Positions 47,450 through 57,009 of a stretch of DNA of 64,000 bases are shown here, piece after piece. Source of the DNA: an uncultured Flavobacteriaceae bacterium (GTDB lineage: Bacteria > Bacteroidota > Bacteroidia > Flavobacteriales > Flavobacteriaceae); NCBI GenBank assembly GCA_964550895.1, contig CAZKAP010000003.1, positions 49,082 through 113,081 on the forward strand, written 5' to 3'. Numbering within the stretch: position 1 is the first letter of the stretch; the number at the start of each line of letters is the position of its first letter. The notes under the pieces were generated by a model. That model saw only the letters and a program-made list of their open reading frames with translations. It was not told the origin of the DNA and searched no databases. Both the position numbers and the translations under genes were made by a program.

Positions 47450-48934
47450 TTAATATTCAAACTGCTTGCTCTCCTCGATAAACGGACTGTTGGCCGGCAC
47501 CAGCGGATACTTGGCCAGCGCACTGAAAACCGTGTATATAAAGAGTCCCCCAACGAAGAGTATACCCCCGATTTCCGGGATACCAAATCCGTAGTAAGGA
47601 CCGACCGTTCCGGGCATGACCATGTTGAACACGTCCATATAATGTCCAATTAAAATAACGATTCCCGTGGTAACCACAAACCAGTTTATCCGCTTGTAGT
47701 GACTGCGCATCAGCACCAGCAGCGGGAATACGAAATTCAACACCACCATAGTAAAGAAGGGCAGCTGGTAGTCGTCGAAACGCATTTGATAGTACGTGAC
47801 CTCTTCGGGTATATTGGCGTACCATATCAGCATAAACTGGCTGAACCACAAATAGGTCCAGAAGATGCTGATCCCAAACATAAACTTGGCCAGATCGTGT
47901 ATGTGACTGTCATTGACCACATCGAGATAACCCTTGGACTTCAGGTAAATGGTTATCAGTGCAATAGTCGTAATGCCCGAAACAAACATACTGGCAAAAA
48001 TATACCAGCCAAAGAGGGTGCTAAACCAATGGGGGTCCAGGCTCATGATCCAGTCCCAGGACATCATGGATTCGGAGATCAGGTAGATCACCAGAAAACC
48101 CGCGGACCATTTGAAGTTGCGCGAGTAGTTTTTGACATCACCAGGTTCGGCCTGGTCCTGGGCCAGAGAAAGTCTGCGCGATACTCTTTGATAGAGGATC
48201 CATAACCCCAGATAGATGGCCGATCGGAGCAGGAACCCAACCGGGTTTAAATAGCCTTTTTTCTTGGTCAGCAGGTGATCGGCCTCAACGGTTTCCGCAT
48301 CCATCCAAACAAACAGGTGGTTCATATGGGCCACAGAGAGGACAAAGATGATAAACAGCACAATCCCGCCGGGAACCATATACGAGGTAATGGCCTCCAT
48401 CACGCGGAATAATAGCGGTGACCAGCCCGCCTGTGCCGCACGGTTTACTGCGTAGAAGGCAAGGACGCCAAGAGCCGTCATGAAAAAGAAGAAGGCGGCC
48501 ACATACAGCGCAGACCAGGGTCGGTTCTGCATCTGGTGCAACATAATGGTGTCCGGATCGTGATGGCCTCCACCGTGATGGCCATCTCCGTGAGCCGCTG
48601 CGGCGCTTTGATGCGCGTCGCTTGCATGTTCTCCATGCGCGCCTTCTTCCCCGTGATCCTCACCGGTTGTATGGGATGGATCGCTATGGGATTCCTGCGG
48701 CAGCAGGGCCATTTCGCCTGCGTCCAACATGGCCAGATCGCGACGGTCGTGCGAGTCCAGAACACCGTGGCCTCCGCCGTGCCCATCGCCATGGCCTTCA
48801 GCCTTTTCCAGGCGCTGCCTGGCTTCCTCGACGGTCGACGGCGTGTCGAAAAAACCGTAGGCAAGACAGAGGACACCCAGAACCATCAGCACGATGGAAC
48901 TCGTTTTTAATCTGCTGGAAAAAGTGTAGTTCAT
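47450..48934 (-). CDS. actF: alternative complex III membrane subunit ActF (quinol:cytochrome c oxidoreductase quinone-binding subunit 2)
   Basis: 494 aa NrfD-like multi-TM protein in the position after actE, carrying a His/Gly/Asp-rich insertion. Confidence 0.75.
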   Translation of the reverse strand: MNYTFSSRLKTSSIVLMVLGVLCLAYGFFDTPSTVEEARQRLEKAEGHGDGHGGGHGVLDSHDRRDLAMLDAGEMALLPQESHSDPSHTTGEDHGEEGAHGEHASDAHQSAAAAHGDGHHGGGHHDPDTIMLHQMQNRPWSALYVAAFFFFMTALGVLAFYAVNRAAQAGWSPLLFRVMEAITSYMVPGGIVLFIIFVLSVAHMNHLFVWMDAETVEADHLLTKKKGYLNPVGFLLRSAIYLGLWILYQRVSRRLSLAQDQAEPGDVKNYSRNFKWSAGFLVIYLISESMMSWDWIMSLDPHWFSTLFGWYIFASMFVSGITTIALITIYLKSKGYLDVVNDSHIHDLAKFMFGISIFWTYLWFSQFMLIWYANIPEEVTYYQMRFDDYQLPFFTMVVLNFVFPLLVLMRSHYKRINWFVVTTGIVILIGHYMDVFNMVMPGTVGPYYGFGIPEIGGILFVGGLFIYTVFSALAKYPLVPANSPFIEESKQFEY

Positions 48935-48938
48935 GGAC

Positions 48939-49502
48939 CTATTGGGTTAAATCGCTTTTCAACTTCATTACGTATTCGCTCACCTGCCACAATTTCTCTT
49001 CGCTTCCGATCTGGGCCGCGTAGGAGCCCATAGAATTCAGGCCGTAGTACATGGTGTGGTAGGTGCTGCCTGCGGTGATGTTACGGGCGGCATCGTCGTA
49101 GCTGGGTACACCGAGTATCTTTTCCTGCTGTACCAGCCACCCCTGACCATCTCCTTTGGCCCCGTGACAAATAGCGCAATAGATGTCGTAGAGTTCCTTT
49201 CCCTTGGCCAGGTCTTGCTCCCTGCTAAGCGAATCCAGAGGGCTCTGTAGGACCCGCGCCTGTTCCTTGTCCTCCGGGGTGTCTTCGTATTCGAAGGGCA
49301 GGTATCCTCTTCGAATCGTATTTTCCGGCGGCAACAGGGCAGCCTGCCCCCCGAGAAATTCGGCTTCCTGATAGGTTTCATAGCCTATGGACTCGTACAT
49401 GTCTGGCATGAACTGATAATTCGGCTTACTCTTGTCGAAACACGAGGTCAGCAAAAGTAATCCTCCGAGGAGTGCAAAATATCGTGTCAGGCTTATCTTC
49501 AT
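48939..49502 (-). CDS. actE: alternative complex III monoheme cytochrome c subunit ActE
   Basis: 187 aa. Lipoprotein-like signal (LLLTSCF) and a single CAICHG heme motif. Confidence 0.8.
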   Translation of the reverse strand: MKISLTRYFALLGGLLLLTSCFDKSKPNYQFMPDMYESIGYETYQEAEFLGGQAALLPPENTIRRGYLPFEYEDTPEDKEQARVLQSPLDSLSREQDLAKGKELYDIYCAICHGAKGDGQGWLVQQEKILGVPSYDDAARNITAGSTYHTMYYGLNSMGSYAAQIGSEEKLWQVSEYVMKLKSDLTQ

Positions 49503-49503
49503 C

Positions 49504-50025
49504 TTAATTCAATTTAGGTACCTGGACCTCTACGGCTCCGGTATCCAGTAACAATTCGGTCAGTGTATCCTGGCTTCCCTTGAGTTCCACTTCCACCAGG
49601 AAGTGATCGTCGGTAGTGCGCTTATCCGGGTTCTCTGACTTCTTGAACGGCCACATCTTGCTCCTCAGATAAAATGTAATGACCATGAGGTGGGCAGCGA
49701 AAAATACAGTGAGTTCGAACATGATCGGAACAAAGGCCGGCATGTTCTGCAAGTAGGAAAAACTGGGTTTACCCCCGATATCCTGTGGCCAGTCCACGAT
49801 CATGATATAATTCATCAGTACGACAGAAACGGTAAGTCCAATCACCCCGTAAATAAAAGCGGCAATGGAAATACGCGTCTCTTCCAGTCCCATGACCTTG
49901 TCGAGTCCGTGAACCGGAAACGGAGTGTAAATCTCCTCTATGTGATACTTCTCTGACTTCAGCTTTTTAACAGCCTTGACCAGTATATCGTCGTCGTGAT
50001 AGAGTGCTCGTATAATCGTTGACAT
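49504..50025 (-). CDS. actD: alternative complex III membrane subunit ActD (DUF3341)
   Basis: 173 aa, two TM helices, in the conserved position between actC and actE. Confidence 0.8.
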   Translation of the reverse strand: MSTIIRALYHDDDILVKAVKKLKSEKYHIEEIYTPFPVHGLDKVMGLEETRISIAAFIYGVIGLTVSVVLMNYIMIVDWPQDIGGKPSFSYLQNMPAFVPIMFELTVFFAAHLMVITFYLRSKMWPFKKSENPDKRTTDDHFLVEVELKGSQDTLTELLLDTGAVEVQVPKLN

Positions 50026-50037
50026 GATACCCCGTTC

Positions 50038-51789
50038 TTAGTTTAACAATCGTTTTGCCTGACCGGCCCAGTCGTCCCTCTCGGCACGTCCGGGGAATGA
50101 ACCGGTGATCCGATCCAGCAGACCGTATTCTTCGCGCCCCAGCTTGCTCAGCTGGTTGAAAGTGTATATTCCTAAACGGTTCAGTGCCTTCTCCATGATC
50201 GGGCCGATACCGTTAATCTTCTGCAGATTATCTCCCATGCCTTTGGACGGATCAAAAAGCCCCAATCGGTTCATCAGTAGTTGGGCCTCGGGTGCCCCTC
50301 CCAGATTATAGCCTTCGCCCTCTGCGGCTTCAGCCTCCTCCTGCTCCACGGGTTCAGGATCGTAGATGACCACCTTTCCTCGGGGTGGCATTTCATACAA
50401 CGCCTTCCCCGCCTCCCTAAGGGCCTTGAATCGCTCGCCCGAAGACTTCAGTATGGTTTTGACTTCAGCCTGAGCTATCACGGGGAATGTCCTGGCGTAC
50501 AACAGGAACAGCACAAAGAAAAATCCGAGGGTGCCTATGAATATTCCGATATCTACGAAAGTAGGCGAGAACATTGTCCAGGACGAGGGAAGGTAATCCC
50601 TGTGCGTAGAGGTCACGATAATAACGAAACGCTCGAACCACATCCCTATGTTCACTACTATGGATATGATAAAGGAAGCCGTAACACTGGTTCGTATCTT
50701 CTTAAACCACATCACCTGAGGTGAGAATACGTTACACGTCATCATCATCCAATAGGCCCAGAGGTAGGGACCGGTTGCCCGATTCAGGAAGGCGTACTGC
50801 TCGTACTCTACCCCCGAATACCAGGCGATAAAGAGTTCCGTGATGTACGCGCAGCCCACTATGGACCCCGTGATCATGATTACGATGTTCATCAGTTCTA
50901 TGTGCTGCAGCGTGATGTAGGCCTCCAGATTCAGGACCTTGCGCATGATAATCAGCAGGGTCTGCACCATGGCGAATCCGGAGAAGATCGCACCCGCAAC
51001 GAAGTAAGGGGGAAATATGGTAGTGTGCCATCCGGGAATGACCGAGGTGGCGAAGTCAAAAGAAACAATGGTGTGGACGGAAAGTACCAGTGGAGTTGCC
51101 AGACCCGCGAGTACGAGAGAAACCTCCTCGAATCGCTGCCAGTCCTTGGCGCGTCCCGTCCAGCCGAAACTGAGTAATCCGTATATTTTCTTCTGAAACG
51201 GCTTAACGGCCCGGTCTCGGATCATGGCAAAGTCCGGTAGCAGCCCCGTCCACCAGAAAACCAGAGAGACGGACAGGTAGGTCGAAATGGCAAATACGTC
51301 CCAGAGCAGGGGGGAATTGAAGTTCACCCAGAGCGATCCGTACTGGTTGGGAATGGGCAACACCCAATAAGCCACCCAGATTCGACCCATGTGAATCAGT
51401 GGAAACAATCCGGCCTGAATCACGGAGAATATAGTCATCGCCTCTGCAGAGCGGTTGATGGCCATCCTCCATTTCTGACGAAAAAGAAGGAGTACGGCTG
51501 AGATCAGCGTACCGGCGTGACCAATTCCCACCCACCAGACGAAGTTGGTAATGTCCCAGGCCCAGTTAACAGTCTTGTTGAGACCCCAGACCCCGATACC
51601 TGTTGCAATGGTATAGATGATACAGCCTACGCCCCATAGGAACGCCACCAGGGCGATGGAAAATACCACCCACCACTGACGGTTGGGCATACCTTCGACG
51701 GGCCGGGCAATGTCCCTGGTTACATCGTGGTAACCCTTGTCTCCCAGTACCAGGGGCCTTCGTATTGGTGCTTCGTAATGCGAACCCAT
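50038..51789 (-). CDS. actC: alternative complex III quinol-binding membrane subunit ActC (NrfD/PsrC-like) with C-terminal HhH-like extension
   Basis: 583 aa. NrfD-type polytopic core of about 440 aa, followed by a soluble tail of about 143 aa ending in DNLQKINGIGPIMEKALNRLGIYTFNQLSKL. Confidence 0.85.
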   Translation of the reverse strand: MGSHYEAPIRRPLVLGDKGYHDVTRDIARPVEGMPNRQWWVVFSIALVAFLWGVGCIIYTIATGIGVWGLNKTVNWAWDITNFVWWVGIGHAGTLISAVLLLFRQKWRMAINRSAEAMTIFSVIQAGLFPLIHMGRIWVAYWVLPIPNQYGSLWVNFNSPLLWDVFAISTYLSVSLVFWWTGLLPDFAMIRDRAVKPFQKKIYGLLSFGWTGRAKDWQRFEEVSLVLAGLATPLVLSVHTIVSFDFATSVIPGWHTTIFPPYFVAGAIFSGFAMVQTLLIIMRKVLNLEAYITLQHIELMNIVIMITGSIVGCAYITELFIAWYSGVEYEQYAFLNRATGPYLWAYWMMMTCNVFSPQVMWFKKIRTSVTASFIISIVVNIGMWFERFVIIVTSTHRDYLPSSWTMFSPTFVDIGIFIGTLGFFFVLFLLYARTFPVIAQAEVKTILKSSGERFKALREAGKALYEMPPRGKVVIYDPEPVEQEEAEAAEGEGYNLGGAPEAQLLMNRLGLFDPSKGMGDNLQKINGIGPIMEKALNRLGIYTFNQLSKLGREEYGLLDRITGSFPGRAERDDWAGQAKRLLN

Positions 51790-51823
51790 AATTTTCTTAT
51801 TCCTTACTTCTTAGGTTGTACAA

Positions 51824-54800
51824 TTAAGCCTCATCCGTGTTGCGGACCTTCACCTGATAAAACACGTTGGGCTGAGTGCCCACATGCTCCAGCAGGTGGT
51901 ACATGCGGTCGTTCTTCTTCAGCTTCGAAACTTCGCTCTCCGGATCGTTGATATCTCCGAATACCAACGCTCCTGAAGAACAGGCCGTGGAACAGGCAGT
52001 TTGGAACTCCTCGTCCCTGACCTCGCGTCCGTCGCGTTTGGCGTCGAGTATTGCCTTCTGGGTGTTTTGAATGCAGAAAGAGCATTTCTCCATGACCCCA
52101 CGGGAGCGAACGGTGACATCGGGATTGAGCACCATACGGCCCAGATCGTTATTCATATGGAAGTCGAACTCGTCGTTCTTGCCGTATTCGAACCAGTTAA
52201 ATCGACGCACTTTGTACGGGCAGTTGTTGGCGCAGTAGCGAGTCCCGATGCACCGATTGTATACCATGTGATTGTGACCCTGGCGACTGTGGGAAGTCGC
52301 GGCAACCGGACAAACCGTTTCGCAGGGCGCGTGGTTACAGTGCTGGCACATTACCGGCTGGAAGGCCACCTGGGGGTTTTCCGCGGGATCTTCCATCTGC
52401 CGGAAGCCTTGAAGGCTTCCGTTCTCTCCGAACAGACCTTCCAGGGACTCCTTGCGCTCCACATCCCCGGCAAAAGTCTCCTCAGAGGAATAGTAGCGGT
52501 CGATCCTGAGCCAGTGCATATCCCGGGACATACGGACTTCGGCCTTCCCGACCACAGGCACGTTGTTTTCAGCGTGGCATGCGATCACACAGGCTCCGCA
52601 GCCCGTACAAGCATTCAGGTCTATTGAAAGGTTAAAGTGGTGGCCTATGGAACGGTCAAAGCTCTCCCACAGGTCTACCGAAGTCGCGGGCACCTCCTGG
52701 TGATTCAGTGAAACCACGGGCACCGGATTCCAGCTCGAAGGATCTTCGGTATTGTATTCATTTAGTGTGGCCTCCTTGATAATGTCTCCCCTACCCATGA
52801 GGGTTTTGTGCAACTGCACACTGGCAAATTCATGGCGACCATCCACCTTCTCCAGGGTAACTTCCTGTACCCGGGAGAAATTCTTATACAGGCGATAGGC
52901 GTTTACACCGGTTCTCATTTCCTCCTGCAGACCGGCTTCCCTTCCGTATCCCACGGAGAGCCCATACGTACCCTGGGCCTGACCGGGCTGCACAACCACC
53001 GGCACCCGCTCGAGCACCTGGTCGTCGACACGCACGCTAACGTAGGAACCGTTCATGCCCCCGTTGTCCGAATAGGTATTCTGTATATCCAGTCGCTCCG
53101 CGTCAGCCTTGGACACAGTAATGTAGTTATCCCAGGAAACACGGGAAATGGGATCGGGGAACTCCTGTAGCCAGGGATTATTCGCCTGCTGGCCATCACC
53201 CATGCCCACTTTACTGTACAGGATCAGGGACTGGTCGGGATTTGGCGTACTCACCAGAGCCCTGAGTGAAACTGCCAGGCTCGCCACAGGGTTTTCGGCT
53301 TCCAGGGAACCTTCCTGTTCCTCAGCAGTAGCAGACTCCACCTCCCGGACCAACAAACCGTCCTGAAGGGTCTTATTCCAGCCGGCCCCACCGAGTATAT
53401 TCTCCTCCCAGTTCTTCTTTACATATTCGTAATAGCTGCCCTCTGAACCCATCCAGGTGAGCAGACAGTCGCCCATATGTCGGGTATCGAACAATTCCCG
53501 GATCACCGGCTGAACCAAACTGTAGTGCCCTTTTTTGATCTCCAGATCTCCCCAGGACTCCAGGTAGTGCGAGCCCGCGCCTGCGTAGGTGGAAGACTGC
53601 GCAGTCTCGTCCCATGCAAACGAAAGCGATACCGACAGGTCCACTTGTTTCAGGGCATCAGCAAAACGCACACCCTCGGACAGCGTATAAACGGGATTGA
53701 CTCCATCCATCAGCAATAACCCCACCCTGCCCGACTCCATGTCCGACAAGAGCTGATTGACTGCATCCGATGAACCCTGGCGAACATATCTGGGTCGCTG
53801 AGGATCAAACGCTTCACTTTGAATGAGTTTATTAATAGCCAGGGCAACAGCCTGGGCGTCTTTATCATCTATTCCGCAGACAACAACTGCGCGGGTTCCC
53901 GCCCTTTTAATCTCCTCTGCTATGCGATCCACATAGCCATCGATACTGGAATCAACGCCTCCACCAATATTGCTTCCGTTGAGCTTGCCAAAGAGCTTGG
54001 CCAGGCCTATTTTGATCTGAGCCGGCTTCAACGGTATGCGCTTATCGGCATTGGAACCCGTAAGACTCATATTGGACTCCAGGTGAATATGCCGGGACAT
54101 CTTGCCGTTTCTCGGCACCCTGTTTTTGGCATAACCGGTTTCATAGCCCCCGCCCTGCCAGTCGGACAGGAAATCCGCGTCGAAGGAAATGATCAGATCC
54201 GCTCTGGAAAAATCGTAATCGGCCAGCGCCCGTTCACCATAAGCTTCTTCAAAAGCCGATAGAGCAGCCTCCTCAGACACCGCATCGTAAACAACATGCG
54301 AAACTCCGGGAAAAGCCTCGTTGAATTCACCGATCAGGCGCTTCATACTCGGACTTGCATACGTCCTGGTGAGTAGCACTGCTTTTTTTCCACTGACGTT
54401 CAGTTGCGACAGCTTTGAAGTCACTGCCTGGTCAATCATGGACCAGTCGGCCGGACTCTCCCCACTCATAGGACGCTGTAGCCTGTAACGATCGTAAAGT
54501 GTGAGTACGGACGCATTGACCCGTGCGTTGACCGCTCCGAGAGAACCTTCCATTTTATTGAGCTCAATCTTGATCGGACGACCCTCTCTGGTCTTGACCA
54601 GCACATTGGCGAAGTCGAAGCCATCGGCTATGGATGTCGCGTAATAGTTAGCCACACCAGGCACCAGCTCATTGGGCTGAACCACGTAGGGGATAGATTT
54701 CTTGACCGGACCCTCGCAGGCAGCCATAGTTGCGGCAGCCGTGCTAAAGCCAAGATATTTCAGGAAATCCCTGCGATTGGTCTGCGAACCATCGAGAGAC

Positions 54801-54928
54801 TTTTTGTCTTCCATGAAACCTTCTACGGGCAGCTTCTCGGTGAACTCATCGGCTCTCAGCTGATCGACTACAGGATTCCCCTCCTGTAACTCTATATCCG
54901 CCTTCCAGTATTTTTTCTTTGATGCCAT
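51824..54928 (-). CDS. actB: alternative complex III subunit ActB (molybdopterin-oxidoreductase-like + 4Fe-4S ferredoxin domains)
   Basis: Start moved to ATG 54928 (MASKKKYW); position 54952 is GTG. Tat-like motif NRRDFLKYLGFSTAAATMAA and Cys clusters CTGCGACVIAC, CQHCNHAPC and CIGTRYCANNCP. Confidence 0.9.
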   Translation of the reverse strand: MASKKKYWKADIELQEGNPVVDQLRADEFTEKLPVEGFMEDKKSLDGSQTNRRDFLKYLGFSTAAATMAACEGPVKKSIPYVVQPNELVPGVANYYATSIADGFDFANVLVKTREGRPIKIELNKMEGSLGAVNARVNASVLTLYDRYRLQRPMSGESPADWSMIDQAVTSKLSQLNVSGKKAVLLTRTYASPSMKRLIGEFNEAFPGVSHVVYDAVSEEAALSAFEEAYGERALADYDFSRADLIISFDADFLSDWQGGGYETGYAKNRVPRNGKMSRHIHLESNMSLTGSNADKRIPLKPAQIKIGLAKLFGKLNGSNIGGGVDSSIDGYVDRIAEEIKRAGTRAVVVCGIDDKDAQAVALAINKLIQSEAFDPQRPRYVRQGSSDAVNQLLSDMESGRVGLLLMDGVNPVYTLSEGVRFADALKQVDLSVSLSFAWDETAQSSTYAGAGSHYLESWGDLEIKKGHYSLVQPVIRELFDTRHMGDCLLTWMGSEGSYYEYVKKNWEENILGGAGWNKTLQDGLLVREVESATAEEQEGSLEAENPVASLAVSLRALVSTPNPDQSLILYSKVGMGDGQQANNPWLQEFPDPISRVSWDNYITVSKADAERLDIQNTYSDNGGMNGSYVSVRVDDQVLERVPVVVQPGQAQGTYGLSVGYGREAGLQEEMRTGVNAYRLYKNFSRVQEVTLEKVDGRHEFASVQLHKTLMGRGDIIKEATLNEYNTEDPSSWNPVPVVSLNHQEVPATSVDLWESFDRSIGHHFNLSIDLNACTGCGACVIACHAENNVPVVGKAEVRMSRDMHWLRIDRYYSSEETFAGDVERKESLEGLFGENGSLQGFRQMEDPAENPQVAFQPVMCQHCNHAPCETVCPVAATSHSRQGHNHMVYNRCIGTRYCANNCPYKVRRFNWFEYGKNDEFDFHMNNDLGRMVLNPDVTVRSRGVMEKCSFCIQNTQKAILDAKRDGREVRDEEFQTACSTACSSGALVFGDINDPESEVSKLKKNDRMYHLLEHVGTQPNVFYQVKVRNTDEA

Positions 54929-54939
54929 AAAATTTCTGC

Positions 54940-56322
54940 CTAATAGTGACACTTACCGCATTCAATACCACCCATCTGGGCGGCAGTAAGCGATTCTACA
55001 CCGTACTTTTCCGAAAGTTGTTTGTGGATCTTATCGTAATACTCATTGTCGGCCAGCTGCACCTCGGTTTCCCGGTGGCAGTTGATACACCAGCCCATAG
55101 TGAGCGGTGAATACTGGTAGAGTATCTCCATTTCCTCCACTGGACCGTGGCAGGTCTGACATTCGATCTGACCGGCAACCACGTGCTGGGAGTGGTTGAA
55201 GTAGGCGTAATCCGGCAAGTTGTGGATGCGCACCCATTCCACAGGCTGCGTTTCACCGGTATATTGCTGAGTATCCTCGTCCCATCCAACGGCCTTGTAG
55301 AGTTTCTTGATCTCTCCGGTGTAAAACTCGTTGGTGTACCCGTTGGCCAGATCCTCAGCCGAAGGCCCCTCGGGCGTACCCTTGTACTCGTAAATGGACT
55401 TGTGGCAATTCATGCAGACATTCAGAGACGGGATGCCCGAGTGCTTGGACTCCAAAGCTGAGGAGTGGCAGTACGTACACTCGATCTTATTGACCCCGGC
55501 ATGAATACGATGCGAGTAGTGGATGGGCTGTACAGGAGCATAGCCCTGGTCGATGCCAATCTGCATCATGTATGCGTAAACATAGTACGTTCCGATAAGC
55601 AGAAATGCCACCACAGAGACGAATACCAGAAACTGATTCTCCGCGAACGCCTGCCAGATGGGCTTACCTCTCGCCTTCTTAACTTCCTCTAGATCGACCT
55701 GATTGGCAACGGCTATTCTTCTCAGGGTTGCGTTGACGGTCACCAGCATCACGACCAGCACCAGGAGAACGAAGGCCAGAACACCCAGTATCAATTCGTT
55801 GGAGATCCCGGAAGAGCCTGTATCCGAGGCCCCTTCCGTGGCGGCTACAGGGGTAACTGCCGGAGCGGGAGGGGGAGCGGCCGTGTAGGCCAGTATATTA
55901 TCGATATCCTCGTCTGAAAGGGTCGGAAAGGCATTCATGGCCACCTGATTCCATTCGTTGTAAACCCGGTTGGCATAGTCGTCTCCCGAGGCGATCAGAC
56001 CCGCAGAGTTGCGTATCCATTTATACAACCACTCCCGATCCAGCCCCTCATCCTCATAAAGACGCTGCTCCACGTTGGCCAGGGCAGGCCCTGTCATATT
56101 CCGATTCAGAGCGTGACAGGCCGCGCAGTTCTGATTGAACAGTGTCTTCCCTGCGGCCGGATCACCCCCCAGATCCTCTGCGGGGGCAGTTTCGGCTGCG
56201 GGATCCACTACGGCCTCCTCCTGAGCGGACAGGGTTGCTGGGAATACGAAAGAAATGAATAGGACAAACCTGTAAATGTAACTGGAATAGCACAGACGAG
56301 GGAGGCGTGGCACCTTTCTCAT
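54940..56322 (-). CDS. actA: alternative complex III multiheme cytochrome c subunit ActA
   Basis: Start moved to ATG 56322 (MRKVPRLPRL...); position 56409 is TTG. Six CxxCH motifs: CAACH, CTYCH, CMNCH, CQTCH, CINCH and CGKCH. Confidence 0.85.
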   Translation of the reverse strand: MRKVPRLPRLCYSSYIYRFVLFISFVFPATLSAQEEAVVDPAAETAPAEDLGGDPAAGKTLFNQNCAACHALNRNMTGPALANVEQRLYEDEGLDREWLYKWIRNSAGLIASGDDYANRVYNEWNQVAMNAFPTLSDEDIDNILAYTAAPPPAPAVTPVAATEGASDTGSSGISNELILGVLAFVLLVLVVMLVTVNATLRRIAVANQVDLEEVKKARGKPIWQAFAENQFLVFVSVVAFLLIGTYYVYAYMMQIGIDQGYAPVQPIHYSHRIHAGVNKIECTYCHSSALESKHSGIPSLNVCMNCHKSIYEYKGTPEGPSAEDLANGYTNEFYTGEIKKLYKAVGWDEDTQQYTGETQPVEWVRIHNLPDYAYFNHSQHVVAGQIECQTCHGPVEEMEILYQYSPLTMGWCINCHRETEVQLADNEYYDKIHKQLSEKYGVESLTAAQMGGIECGKCHY

Positions 56323-56554
56323 ATTTCTCTTGGTTTCTGGTATGTCGGGGGCTAAAAAATCGAGAACTCCAACAAATATCGAGCCTGACACCTCCCGAAT
56401 TGGCAACAAAAATAAGCCAAGGCCGTATAACTTGAAACGTTAACGAATTGATAATAACAATTTATAACCGGTCTAAATAGGATAATTCTATTTTGTTTAA
56501 CTTCCAATTAATCAAAACTTTACGATATTTGATCACACAAGAATTTCGACTCAA

Positions 56555-56917
56555 ATGAAAGTTCTCTATATCACTGGAACCCTAGTATTTACCACTTTCC
56601 TAATCCGGTCTCAGGAAGGTGTAATCCAAATCCAGCAAGACCCCGTCTTAAACGAATTGATCGAGCTATATAAGGACGCCCGAACGCAGAATTCATACTA
56701 CCAAATACAACTCGGTTTCGGATCTCTCGAAATGGCAAGAAAGCTTCAGGCAGATGCAGCAGCGGTTTTTCCACAATGGCCCCCGCGGCTGGAATTCGAA
56801 CACACCACCTACAGAGTTCGCATTGGGCAGTTCTACAACATACTGGATGCAGAGCGAAACTTCCGCATGGTGCGCCAGCAGTTTCCCCAGGCCATACTCC
56901 TTCGTCCGGAGGAATAA
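56555..56917 (+). CDS. SPOR domain-containing protein
   Basis: 120 aa. Signal/TM segment, then a SPOR-like segment (YYQIQLGFGSLEMARKLQADAAAVFP...YRVRIGQFYNILDAERNFRMV). Confidence 0.75.
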   Translation: MKVLYITGTLVFTTFLIRSQEGVIQIQQDPVLNELIELYKDARTQNSYYQIQLGFGSLEMARKLQADAAAVFPQWPPRLEFEHTTYRVRIGQFYNILDAERNFRMVRQQFPQAILLRPEE

Positions 56918-57009
56918 TTCCTGTTGAGGATAAGTCAGACCCCGGATTTTCCGGTATCGTACAGCTCAAGAAGTGATACGGCCTTCGCTGACCGGAGCCG
57001 GGCTTCTCG

